A stretch of 64,000 nt of DNA from assembly GCA_963974925.1 (NCBI GenBank), contig CAXBFD010000014.1, forward strand, positions 10,027 through 74,026, given 5' to 3'. Source of the DNA: an uncultured bacterium (GTDB lineage: Bacteria; Planctomycetota; Planctomycetia; Planctomycetales; Planctomycetaceae). Below are positions 28,432 through 37,800 of this stretch, piece by piece. A program made the position numbers and the translations under genes. Below the pieces are notes generated by a model. It searched no databases, was not told the DNA's origin, and saw nothing but the letters and a program-made list of their open reading frames with translations. Each line of letters opens with the position of its first letter. The first letter of the stretch is position 1.

Positions 28432-28799
28432 TTGATGTACCTCTCAAAAAACAGCAGAACATAATGCCAGGGATTTACTGGGACTTTCCCTTCGGCCCAG
28501 TGAAACGCCGCCACGCCAAACAGCCTGACACGGCGGTAGTAGATATTTGCCATGAATTTCCCCAGATCGCAGCGTCTCAGGTTCCGATAAAAGGCTGCGT
28601 CTGCCCGTTGTCGGTCCTGCCTGCAACCACCTTTCGCATAGGCATAATCGTGCCAATGGCAGGCAGGTCTGATATCAACGCCTCCCCATTGATCCGGGGC
28701 ATAACTGCAGCCATTCGAGACAAAATATTCGGGAGGCGCTGGCCCTTCCATGATAGCTAACAGTTTTTCAGGCAGGTCCGAGTTTTTGAATTCGTTCAT
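28425..28799 (-). CDS. HD-motif protein, DUF1353-like / phospholipase-A2-like
   Basis: SNGCSYAP...ACHWHDYAY...RQRADAAFYRNL...IYYRRVRLFG. The C-x-x-HD-x-x-Y dyad resembles prokaryotic/viral PLA2. The overall pattern resembles the phage-associated DUF1353 family as I recall it. No signal peptide. Confidence 0.55.
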   Translation of the reverse strand: MNEFKNSDLPEKLLAIMEGPAPPEYFVSNGCSYAPDQWGGVDIRPACHWHDYAYAKGGCRQDRQRADAAFYRNLRRCDLGKFMANIYYRRVRLFGVAAFHWAEGKVPVNPWHYVLLFFERYIKW

Positions 28800-29044
28800 C
28801 AGTTCCCTCCGAAGACTCTGTCCTCGATACGACTAATCCGTCTCTCATGCGAATTGACCATTTCGATGAGTAATTCCTTGTTCGCATCCAGTTTTTCATC
28901 AATTTCGATCAATTGATGACTGTGTTCGATTAACGTTTTCGCTGTCCAGGTAATGGCTCCCACGCCGCCGGCAACGATGGGAGAAAAAACACAAGCAATC
29001 ACCCACGCTGGAATGAAAATTCCTTTACGAGTTGTTTCAGGCAT
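28799..29044 (-). CDS. small membrane protein: N-terminal TM helix + C-terminal coiled coil (81 aa)
   Basis: TM segment IFIPAWVIACVFSPIVAGGVGAITW, followed by the heptad-like LIEHSHQLIEIDEKLDANKELLIEMVNSHERRISRIEDRV. It is the first gene of the packed operon. Confidence 0.5.
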   Translation of the reverse strand: MPETTRKGIFIPAWVIACVFSPIVAGGVGAITWTAKTLIEHSHQLIEIDEKLDANKELLIEMVNSHERRISRIEDRVFGGN

Positions 29045-29135
29045 TATGATCCCAGTTAAATCAGAAGAAAGAATTGCTCTCGAAGAGTCTGAATGTTCGC
29101 GAATGGCGTGAGTGGCACAATCCAGAATTGCGCAT

Positions 29136-29171
29136 AAAAAAACACCTGACGTTGCTCAGAACGACAGGTGT
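29136..29171 (-). terminator. rho-independent terminator (minus strand)
   Basis: The minus strand reads CACCTGtCGTT-ctgagc-AACGtCAGGTG followed by TTTTTTT. It lies 73 nt after the stop of the 113-aa gene and isolates that gene from the operon starting at 29044. Confidence 0.65.
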
Positions 29172-29243
29172 CAGAGATGCACTTAGAATGGGAGCAGGCT
29201 CAGACCGGCCTCAGGCCCGCCAGGCTGCTATCGGGTAATTATT

Positions 29244-29585
29244 TCATTGAAACGTTAATGGAAAATCACTGATCGCGAGTTGCCTGCTTTTCACTTCGCA
29301 TAATCGTTTCCAGCCCCTGGTGACTAATTGCTCTCTCAGCCGCACCTCGGAAGGATCCAGTTCACGCTTATCAAACGGGCCTTCCACGACCACCGGACTG
29401 AAGTGTTCATCGACGATGAATTGGGCCATTGCAGGATTACATCTGATATGGTGCTCGGGCTGTAATTGCAGTTCATCCTCGTTCACTTCGCCGATGATGT
29501 ATCGCAGATAGAGGCCGCTGTCTTCGATATTCTCGACTTCCTGACCACAGACTACGCAGAGATATCCCTGATCACATTTTGCCAT
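29244..29585 (-). CDS. hypothetical protein with N-terminal CxxC pair (113 aa)
   Basis: Clean ORF with CDQGYLCVVCG at the N-terminus. It has its own terminator. Confidence 0.5.
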   Translation of the reverse strand: MAKCDQGYLCVVCGQEVENIEDSGLYLRYIIGEVNEDELQLQPEHHIRCNPAMAQFIVDEHFSPVVVEGPFDKRELDPSEVRLREQLVTRGWKRLCEVKSRQLAISDFPLTFQ

Positions 29586-29705
29586 TGCTCTTACTTACAA
29601 ATTTAAAACCAGGGGAAATAATCAACGGGAGAATCAATCGGTTGTTAAACATCGCTGATTCATGCGAATATTTTACTCCAGGTCAGTGCAGCAGGAGAAC
29701 CTTCC

Positions 29706-30284
29706 TCAGGAAATTTTTAAGTATTTCTTCAGGTTGGCAATCTCTTCCAGTAGAATTTGCAGGAATTCAGCGGCGGCTGTCTTATTGTCTGCTTTGACAA
29801 TCTCCCTGACTGATTCTCTGACTTTCTGTGTCGGAGAATATAAATCAAGGGGTGCTTCACTGACAGAAGAGTGAATGACATTTAATGACATGTCATTCAA
29901 TTCCTGTTTCAATTCATCCTGATCGAGTGGCTTAAACATAATTTTGGAAAAGCCGATTTCACTCGCAAGTTTAATTCTTTGTATATTCCGATCCTGAGAA
30001 TTTTTTTCAGGTCTGACAGCCGTCATCAAAATAAATTGAGGAGGAGGAACGGCCCCACTATCAGAATAGCGTTCGACAAGTTGAGCCTTCTGAAACAGAT
30101 CGACTCCATCCATACCACTCATCACCAGATCCGTCAGTACGACATGGATTTCATTATCTGACTGCAGATACTTCAGAGCTTCAAATCCCGATGATGCCAT
30201 CGTGGCAGTATAGCCTATTTTCTCCACCAACCGCGCATAATAGTGACACGAATACCCGACATCATCGACGACTAGAACTTTCAT
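29706..30284 (-). CDS. response regulator, CheY-like receiver with ~65-aa C-terminal extension
   Basis: VLVVDD, LTDLVMSGMDG (phospho-acceptor Asp), LMTA and FKPL (Lys) form the receiver signature. No DNA-binding output domain was recognised. Confidence 0.8.
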   Translation of the reverse strand: MKVLVVDDVGYSCHYYARLVEKIGYTATMASSGFEALKYLQSDNEIHVVLTDLVMSGMDGVDLFQKAQLVERYSDSGAVPPPQFILMTAVRPEKNSQDRNIQRIKLASEIGFSKIMFKPLDQDELKQELNDMSLNVIHSSVSEAPLDLYSPTQKVRESVREIVKADNKTAAAEFLQILLEEIANLKKYLKIS

Positions 30285-30653
30285 TGATCAGCCTGGTTTC
30301 TTGAAGAAAAATTGCAGTACCGCGATTCAATCTCAAGCAGATGGCAGGGAAGCTAACAAATTCCATAACTTCAAAACCAATATTTAAGGAAATCAAATAT
30401 TAAGATCGGCATAATAAGGAATTCCCCTGTATCATAAATACAGACAATCCACTCATCGCGCCATTAAATAAGCTGATTTCATCGAGATTTAAAGGCTAAA
30501 TCCAGTTAATCCATTTGCGGAACTTTCCCATTTCAGATCACACTTTCTGTCGAATACTCCTCAAAACTTAAACCATACCTTTCCATCCGCTTTTGTATGG
30601 GAAGACAAAAATTCAGACCTGAACTGTGGATGCCCCAGATGTCGGGAGAAACT

Positions 30654-30908
30654 TTATACTTCATTCGGCTTCTGGCTTGTCCAGAAATCTTGTGCGTCAA
30701 CGATGACATTACTGCCAAATTTAAAATAAGGAATCCCCGACTCTTTTAAAAGTTCCTTGAAATTTTTTTCTGTCATCCCAAACAGCTGCGCCCAAATTTT
30801 ACTACTGAATTTTCCCGTTTGTGGAAATGCGCCCGGTGATCGTACCAGGTTGGCAACGAGGTCAAATGCAAATTTATCTGACTCGATGTATTTGTTTGAT
30901 TCCGTCAT
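30654..30908 (-). CDS. small excisionase/MerR-like HTH (HTH_17-like) protein
   Basis: SSKIWAQLFGMTEKNFKELLKESGIPYFKFGSNVIVDAQDFW fits the excisionase-family pattern (xxA.llG.s...v..l...g.ip..k.G....v....df..w). Confidence 0.45.
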   Translation of the reverse strand: MTESNKYIESDKFAFDLVANLVRSPGAFPQTGKFSSKIWAQLFGMTEKNFKELLKESGIPYFKFGSNVIVDAQDFWTSQKPNEV

Positions 30909-31652
30909 GAGATCAAACCTTACCAGATTTTTTCAACGTTGTCTTTCGTTTCAAAACCCAACAGGAAACGCGTACCTTTTACGCAGTTCAGTATCGTTCC
31001 GTGAAATCGAACACCTGATTCAATCGGAGCCGAAAGACTTCTGCAATCAGCTGGTTTGGGAAAGAAACAACGCGATAAAATATTCAGCGACACCTACAGC
31101 GGTCACTACGCGGCTGCCCCCAGGCAGAAATGGAATCGTGGTCTCACCACTCCAAAATAACAAAAATGATTCTAACATCCCGACGTGAACAAAGCAATAT
31201 ACGTCTTCTATTTTTTCTGAGGTGGAATCGATCAGATACTCGATAAAAATGCCTTGTTTTACAGGGTAAATTGACTCAAACCGGGGAATTAACCATGACA
31301 TTCAGAGAATCAAAATAAAACATCCTCAGATCTTGATAAAACCAGTTTAAACAGCCGCAGACGAGCCTTGTCCTCTCCTCTGAAAATATTTTTCTGAGGA
31401 CATTGCAGAACGATACTGATGAAAAAAACGACTGCTCACACAAGACAGTTGAAACGACAAATGAATCAGGAGACGCATCCATTTTTTCCTTATGGATGCT
31501 GCTGCAGTTGTCACTGTTCCAGACAATTTGTCTTCAACAAATAATTCAACACTCCCTGTTTATCTGGACCTGCGATGAGTGGCAGGCAAAATACAATCCG
31601 CTTAGAATGAAAAAGTTCTGAATTCCGCTCGCCGTTCTTGAAAGACGTTTCC

Positions 31653-33404
31653 ATGCCAGATCAAAGTCTGCCTGACCTCGAGGAAGAATTAGTCCCCGAT
31701 GAGGTCATCCCACACCAATCACTGCCTCCTCTTAAATACCGCGATCTACCACCGGCGATTTCCTGGAGAAAAATGATTGGCCCCAGCATTATGCTGGCAG
31801 GGCTCTCGCTTGGTTCGGGAGAATTTGTACTCTGGCCTTACATTACTTATAAAACCGGCTTTGTTTTCTTCTGGGCCTGTGTGCTGGGTGTGATGACTCA
31901 GTTTTTCATGAACATGGAAATCGAACGCTGGACCCTGGTTACAGGGGAAAGTGCGATTACCGGCTTTTGCCGACTGAACAAACACTGGGCCTGGATCATG
32001 CTGCTGTTGAATATTATTCCCTGGGCATGGCCGGGCTGGGCAACCGGTGCGGGAACAATGTTGAGCTGGACATTTTTTGGCCCGGAAACAATTGCCAGCG
32101 TGCAAGTGGAACCAGCGCCCTCGCAATTCTCACTGGAGGGGTTACCTGACAAAGTCGCTTACTCAGTTGAATCAGAAACACTGAAGTGGCGCGGCCCCAT
32201 GAATGAATCTGAGCGTGACGCCTTGAGCAGTACGTTCATTCGGAATCAAAGCCAGGATCAATCTCACGTACTCTTCGACAAAATCAATCAGGGGTATGAT
32301 CTGCAATACGAGGCAAAGTACAGTTCGTTTCTGGGAATCGCAGGCTTACTTCTGGTAGGCATCGTCTTAACAACCGGACCGGTGGTCTATAACACTGTTG
32401 AAAAAATTCAGATCTTCCTGGTTGGCATGATCTTTCTCATCGCAGTGATTCTCGGCATCTATCTCATCGAACCTTATGCCATTACTTCCATGCTCAAAGG
32501 TGCGGTCAATATCGGAAAGATGCCCGATGATTCCAGTGGATTATCTACGATGGCCCTGCTGGGCGCGCTGGCGTTTGCCGGTGCCGGCGGAACAATGAAT
32601 CTTGGCCAGAGCAATTTCATCAAAGACAAAGGTTACGGAATGGGCAAATACATCGGGCGTATCACCAGCCCGATCACCGGTCAGGAAGAGGCGGTCAGTG
32701 AAGCCGGTTATCATTTTAAACATACTCCTGAAAATCAAAAACGCTGGCAACAATGGTGGCGGGCTGCCAATATCGAACACTTCTTCAGTTTCTTTCTCAC
32801 CTGTCTGGCTTGTCTGATGCTGTTGTCGCTGATTTCGTATTCCCTGTTTTATGATGCAAACGGACAACTGATCGATGGAGTCGCCCAGTTTGGCTCCGGT
32901 CTCAATTTTATCTGGGGTCAGGCAACATTGCTGGAAGGCCGACTCGGCGGATCTTTCAAGCTGCTGTTTCTCCTGATGGGGGCCGCGATTCTACTCACGA
33001 CTGAACTGGGCGTTCTCGACGCTACCGCGCGGATCTCTGCGGATATTCTGAAAGTCAATTACCTGAGAGACAATGCACACTGGTCTTTGAGCAAACTTTA
33101 TTACGTGTTTCTCTGGAGCGAGATTCTGCTGGGTTCTGCAATCCTGTTATATGGCTCGATCGACCCTCAATTCAAACAACCTTTATTTCTGATTGAGACT
33201 TCTGCGGCCATGAACGGAGGCGTGATGTTTTTATATTCTTTGATATTGCTGTATATGAACTCGAAAATTCTCAGTCGGAGCATCAGCACCGGCCCTCTTC
33301 GATTTGTAGTGATGGTCTGGGCGGCTGCTTTCTTCGGTTATTTCAGCCTGCAGGCATTTCAAGTACAAATTGTCCCCTATTTTCGGTCCCTGTTCTCTAT
33401 TTGA
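31653..33404 (+). CDS. Nramp-related polytopic transporter-like protein with a large soluble insertion
   Basis: GPSIMLAGLSLGSGEFVLWPYI...VLGVMTQFFMNMEIERWTLVTGES parallels the Nramp TM1-TM3 region, but the DPGN motif is replaced. There are about 11-12 TM helices and a ~90-aa hydrophilic insert. Confidence 0.55.
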   Translation: MPDQSLPDLEEELVPDEVIPHQSLPPLKYRDLPPAISWRKMIGPSIMLAGLSLGSGEFVLWPYITYKTGFVFFWACVLGVMTQFFMNMEIERWTLVTGESAITGFCRLNKHWAWIMLLLNIIPWAWPGWATGAGTMLSWTFFGPETIASVQVEPAPSQFSLEGLPDKVAYSVESETLKWRGPMNESERDALSSTFIRNQSQDQSHVLFDKINQGYDLQYEAKYSSFLGIAGLLLVGIVLTTGPVVYNTVEKIQIFLVGMIFLIAVILGIYLIEPYAITSMLKGAVNIGKMPDDSSGLSTMALLGALAFAGAGGTMNLGQSNFIKDKGYGMGKYIGRITSPITGQEEAVSEAGYHFKHTPENQKRWQQWWRAANIEHFFSFFLTCLACLMLLSLISYSLFYDANGQLIDGVAQFGSGLNFIWGQATLLEGRLGGSFKLLFLLMGAAILLTTELGVLDATARISADILKVNYLRDNAHWSLSKLYYVFLWSEILLGSAILLYGSIDPQFKQPLFLIETSAAMNGGVMFLYSLILLYMNSKILSRSISTGPLRFVVMVWAAAFFGYFSLQAFQVQIVPYFRSLFSI

Positions 33405-33435
33405 TATCAAATGTTGTCATAGCAAGAAAAGACAC

Positions 33436-34866
33436 ATGCAAACTAATTTCGTTCCTCGAAAAGCCAGATTCCGGCCAGTTTCACCGGTCATTTCTTGCTG
33501 CGCAATCCTGTTCTGCCTGTTGTCTGAGTCCTGGGGCGCAACCTACTACGTCAACAATCGAATCGGCAGCGATGACAATGACGGTCTGTCACAAAAAACG
33601 CCGGTCGCAACCATTGCCAAAGCCATACAACTCTCTCAGACCAGCGACAGACTGGAACTCAAAAACACAGGAATTACATACAGGGAACCAATGTTATTCC
33701 GCAGACTTGGCGGACGACCTGACCGCCCTTTCCTTGTTGAAGGGAATGGCGCTGTTCTCTCTGGCTTGAAAACCATTGATCCTTCTAACTGGGAAGCCGT
33801 TAAAGACAATCTGTATGTTCTGCAGCTTGAGAAGAGCCCGTATGGAAATCCTTATCTTGTCGCTCGAGGTAAACGACTTGAGCAGGCGAAGAGTCTGGAA
33901 ACGATAAAACCGGTGCAGCATTTCTGGGACCGGAAGGAACACAAAGTTTATTTCTACTGTGAGAGTGAGAAACAACCTGCCGATTATCAGCTGGAAGCAA
34001 CTCTCACAACCAGCGGTTTTACTCTGGGCAGCGCCAGTTATATTGTCTGCCGCAATCTGATCTGCGAATACTTTTCCAATGACGGATTTAATATTCACGG
34101 TGACTGCCGGGGGATTCGGCTCGAAAATGTGATTGCGCGACATAATGGCGATGATGGTATCTCCATACACGAGTCTGGCGGCTTAATCGTGCAAAATGCT
34201 TATGTCCACGATAATTTTTATGGCATACAGGACGTTAACGCTTCCCGTTCCGTTTATAATGGTGTCCTGGCAGAAAGAAATCAGATTGGCGTCAGTCTGG
34301 TAGGTGGATATCATTCACTTGTCGACTGCCAGATTCGAAACAGTGCTCAAAAAGAGATCGATATCGCTGGCTCGAATCCCAGACATCTGATTGGTTCTGA
34401 GCTAAACCCGCTTTGTAAAACGATCCTTTTTGCCCAGAATGTGTCCCTGTTTGGAAATGGAAATCAGATAGGTCTCTGTGTGCGTAATGGTGCCTCTGCC
34501 ATCATGGAACGATCCGTAATCAGCAGTTCTGAAACTGGTCTTTTTGTCGATCAAAGCAGCCATTGTCACTTATCGCTGACAGCCATCACAGGCTGTACTA
34601 CGATTCTCAAATCTGAATCAAAAGAGGCGTTTTTTGATTTCAACATTTATGAATCTGGCCAGATCAACTGGTTGGGAACCGTTTTCCCGCCCAATCAATG
34701 GCTTGCCTACCTCACAGCCTCACAACGCGATCAGCATTCAAGAATGGGTCAAGTAACTGTCGCGCGGGACGGCATAGTCAGTATTCCCACTGGCTCGACG
34801 GCTTCTGGAATGGAGAAAAAAGTCGGCCCCACAGCACCATTTGAGCTTTCTTTTCCCCAGAACTAA
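33436..34866 (+). CDS. exported right-handed parallel beta-helix repeat protein
   Basis: Signal peptide, then YYVNNRIGSDDNDGLS, the typical beta-helix N-cap. Repeated G-x-x-I/V-x-N segments follow (NDGFNIHGD, DDGISIHES, NFYGIQD). ATG 33436 is preferred because the track start at 33370 overlaps the upstream gene. Confidence 0.6.
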   Translation: MQTNFVPRKARFRPVSPVISCCAILFCLLSESWGATYYVNNRIGSDDNDGLSQKTPVATIAKAIQLSQTSDRLELKNTGITYREPMLFRRLGGRPDRPFLVEGNGAVLSGLKTIDPSNWEAVKDNLYVLQLEKSPYGNPYLVARGKRLEQAKSLETIKPVQHFWDRKEHKVYFYCESEKQPADYQLEATLTTSGFTLGSASYIVCRNLICEYFSNDGFNIHGDCRGIRLENVIARHNGDDGISIHESGGLIVQNAYVHDNFYGIQDVNASRSVYNGVLAERNQIGVSLVGGYHSLVDCQIRNSAQKEIDIAGSNPRHLIGSELNPLCKTILFAQNVSLFGNGNQIGLCVRNGASAIMERSVISSSETGLFVDQSSHCHLSLTAITGCTTILKSESKEAFFDFNIYESGQINWLGTVFPPNQWLAYLTASQRDQHSRMGQVTVARDGIVSIPTGSTASGMEKKVGPTAPFELSFPQN

Positions 34867-35206
34867 GCGAATTGCTTCCGGAAACTGTCATCACACAGGG
34901 AATACTGTGATGTTCGTGCTCTGCGTTTTGCATCGCAGAAACACTTGTGCCCGAGTTCTGTATCGCCGATTTCAAAATGGAGTCCATGGATCGCAGCGGT
35001 TCGGCTTTGAAATCAACCGGTGATATCACATTAAATAATAATGGGATTGCCACTTTTTAAGCGATTTTACATAATACAGGCGATCTGGTGAGGACTGTCA
35101 AATTCCAGTCATATCAGTATTTATGCGATGCAAGATAATATTTCGGTCTATACAAATCCGATTTTAATGATTCGCCTCGAAGTTCCTGTCATTGAAAGAA
35201 AGAGAC

Positions 35207-36136
35207 ATGCCCATTTTTAACGACAACTCCGAAACAATCGGTAATACTCCTCTGGTTAAGATCAACCATTTAACTCAAGGGCTGAAAGCAACGGTCCTTG
35301 CCAAAATTGAAGGACGTAATCCGGCTTATAGTGTGAAGTGCCGCATCGGCGCAAATATGATCTGGGACGCAGAGAAAAACGGACTGCTAAAACCGGGGAT
35401 GCAGGTTGTCGAACCAACCAGCGGAAATACCGGAATTGCGCTCTCGTTCGTGTGCGCCGCGCGAGGCTACAAACTCACGCTTACAATGCCCGATTCCATG
35501 TCAGTTGAACGTCGCTTAATGCTGAAAGGCTTCGGTGCCAATCTGGTTCTCACGCCAGGCGCCGATGGTATGAAAGGAGCAATTCAAAAAGCAGAGGAAT
35601 TATCCGCCAGCCCGGAATTTTACATGCCTCAACAATTTAATAATCCTGCCAACCCGGAAATCCACTTTAAAACCACCGGCCCGGAAATTTTCAATGACAC
35701 GGGCGGGAACGTCGATTACTTCGTGGCGGGCGTTGGTACCGGCGGAACAATTACCGGCGTTTCACGATATTTGAAACAGTCAAAAGGCCTGAATGTGAAA
35801 TCGGTCGCCGTGGAGCCAACCAGCAGTCCCGTTCTATCCGGAGGAGAACCCGGTAAACACAAAATTCAGGGAATCGGGGCGGGATTCATCCCTGAAAACT
35901 GTGACGTATCAATGATTGATGAAGTCATTCAGGTCACAGATGACGAAGCGTTTGAGCTGGCAGGAAAGCTCGCCCGTCAAGAAGGAATTACCTGTGGCAT
36001 CAGCTGTGGTGCAGCAATGCACGCCGCACTGGAAATTGCCAAACGCCCCGAAGCAGCGGGAAAAACGATTGTCGTGGTTCTCCCTGACTCTGGTGAACGG
36101 TACTTGTCTACACCACTGTTTGATGATGCACGTTGA
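35207..36136 (+). CDS. cysK: cysteine synthase A (O-acetylserine sulfhydrylase)
   Basis: [20 protein letters not shown], the PLP-lysine context [11 protein letters not shown], and GNTGIALS and GTGGT loops. Confidence 0.9.
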   Translation: MPIFNDNSETIGNTPLVKINHLTQGLKATVLAKIEGRNPAYSVKCRIGANMIWDAEKNGLLKPGMQVVEPTSGNTGIALSFVCAARGYKLTLTMPDSMSVERRLMLKGFGANLVLTPGADGMKGAIQKAEELSASPEFYMPQQFNNPANPEIHFKTTGPEIFNDTGGNVDYFVAGVGTGGTITGVSRYLKQSKGLNVKSVAVEPTSSPVLSGGEPGKHKIQGIGAGFIPENCDVSMIDEVIQVTDDEAFELAGKLARQEGITCGISCGAAMHAALEIAKRPEAAGKTIVVVLPDSGERYLSTPLFDDAR

Positions 36137-36394
36137 GGATACCAGAAAGGCTTCAAGTCATTATCAGTTCATGGGTTCTGAAATCAGCATCCCCGGAGTT
36201 ATGATGCACAATCACCTTTGAGTTGAGTTCTCTGATCAGAACAGTAGTCATCAACAGTCAGTGACTGTATTCTTCACTAACACTGAAATCGAGCAGAACC
36301 CCGAATCGTGTCTGGTGTCTCATGAAATAGAGTCTCGCCAAAGACATACACCGGGTCATTCTTAAATCAATCATGAAATATTGGATCGTTTACC

Positions 36395-37540
36395 ATGCGT
36401 TTTGAAACCAAGTGCGTTCATACCGGCGTTGATAAAGACACTACCTTTAACAGCTGTACAACTCCGATTTACACAACATCGACATTCTACTGGGACAGTC
36501 TGGAAAGCCATAAGGGATTCGATTACACGCGAAGTGGAAATCCAACGCGAAGTGCCATGGAAGAAAACATCGCCGCACTGGAAGGGGGGGTCTCCTGTCG
36601 CGCAACGGCAACGGGCATGGCTGCCATCACGCTGGTCATGCACCTGTTCAAACCCGGCGATCACATTATTGCCGGAGATGACATTTATGGCGGAACATTC
36701 CGTTTGTTTGCAGATGTGTTTACAAAATGGGGCATCAAGTTTTCCTTTGTAAAAATGAGAGATATTGAAACGCTCAAGTCAGCAATCACCCCGGAGACAA
36801 AAGGCATCTGGATCGAAACTCCCAGTAATCCTCTGCTGAACCTGGTTGATATCCAGGCTGTTACCAAAGTTGCTTCGGAAGCGGGTTCTGAAATCATCAC
36901 CATTGCCGACAATACATTTTGCTCTCCCTATCTCCAACGACCGATTGAGTTCGGCGTGGATCTCGTATTGCATTCGACCACAAAATATTTAAATGGTCAC
37001 TCAGACGTTGTGGGGGGATGCGTCGTCTCGCGTAATGAAGCGCTGGCTGAACGAGTGGCTTACATCGCGAATGCACTGGGCCTGGGATGCTCTCCCTTTG
37101 ATGCCTGGCTGGTCTTACGAGGTATCAAAACTCTGGCACCACGCATGGAAGCACATCAGCGCGGGGCCATGGCTTTAGCGCGCATGCTGGAAACACATCC
37201 CAATATTGAACGTGTCTATTATCCAGGCCTGGAATCGCACCCGGATCATGAACTGGCGAAGCGGCAGCAAGATGGTTTTGGCGGGATGTTGAGTTTTGAT
37301 GTGAAGGAAGGACGATCGGCTGCTGAAAAAGTCATGCTGAATACAAAGTTGTTCCTGCTGGCCGAATCACTGGGGGGAGTAGAGTCCTTGATCGAATACC
37401 CAGAGAGCATGAGCCACGCCTCGATGACGAAAGAAGCCCGTCGTGCAGCCGGGATCACGGAAAAAACGGTCCGGGTCTCTGTCGGAATTGAAAGCCCTGA
37501 AGATCTTGTCGCTGATATGGAACAAGCGTTAGGCACCTAG
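36395..37540 (+). CDS. Cys/Met-metabolism PLP-dependent enzyme (cystathionine gamma-synthase/beta- or gamma-lyase type)
   Basis: YTRSGNPT and the PLP-lysine motif HSTTKYLNGHSDVVGG. The length of 381 aa fits. Confidence 0.85.
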   Translation: MRFETKCVHTGVDKDTTFNSCTTPIYTTSTFYWDSLESHKGFDYTRSGNPTRSAMEENIAALEGGVSCRATATGMAAITLVMHLFKPGDHIIAGDDIYGGTFRLFADVFTKWGIKFSFVKMRDIETLKSAITPETKGIWIETPSNPLLNLVDIQAVTKVASEAGSEIITIADNTFCSPYLQRPIEFGVDLVLHSTTKYLNGHSDVVGGCVVSRNEALAERVAYIANALGLGCSPFDAWLVLRGIKTLAPRMEAHQRGAMALARMLETHPNIERVYYPGLESHPDHELAKRQQDGFGGMLSFDVKEGRSAAEKVMLNTKLFLLAESLGGVESLIEYPESMSHASMTKEARRAAGITEKTVRVSVGIESPEDLVADMEQALGT

Positions 37541-37800
37541 TTTCACCGGCCCTTGCAGGCAGAATCGATAGGGTCTGACGTAGCAATTCTGGATGTTACT
37601 CATCGGGAGAAATCAATTTCTCACAGAAGAGAGCGCTGCGCGCGTGCAATCTGCGTTTCTATTATGATATGATGCCCTATTGGATTTTCATCAAATTCAG
37701 ACAAACGTAACTCTGCTTCGATCCTGTACGAGAAAACTGTTTTCATATAGAGATACAAGTCCACTAATACAACATTCTGAAAACAAAGAAGGCCGAGGTT

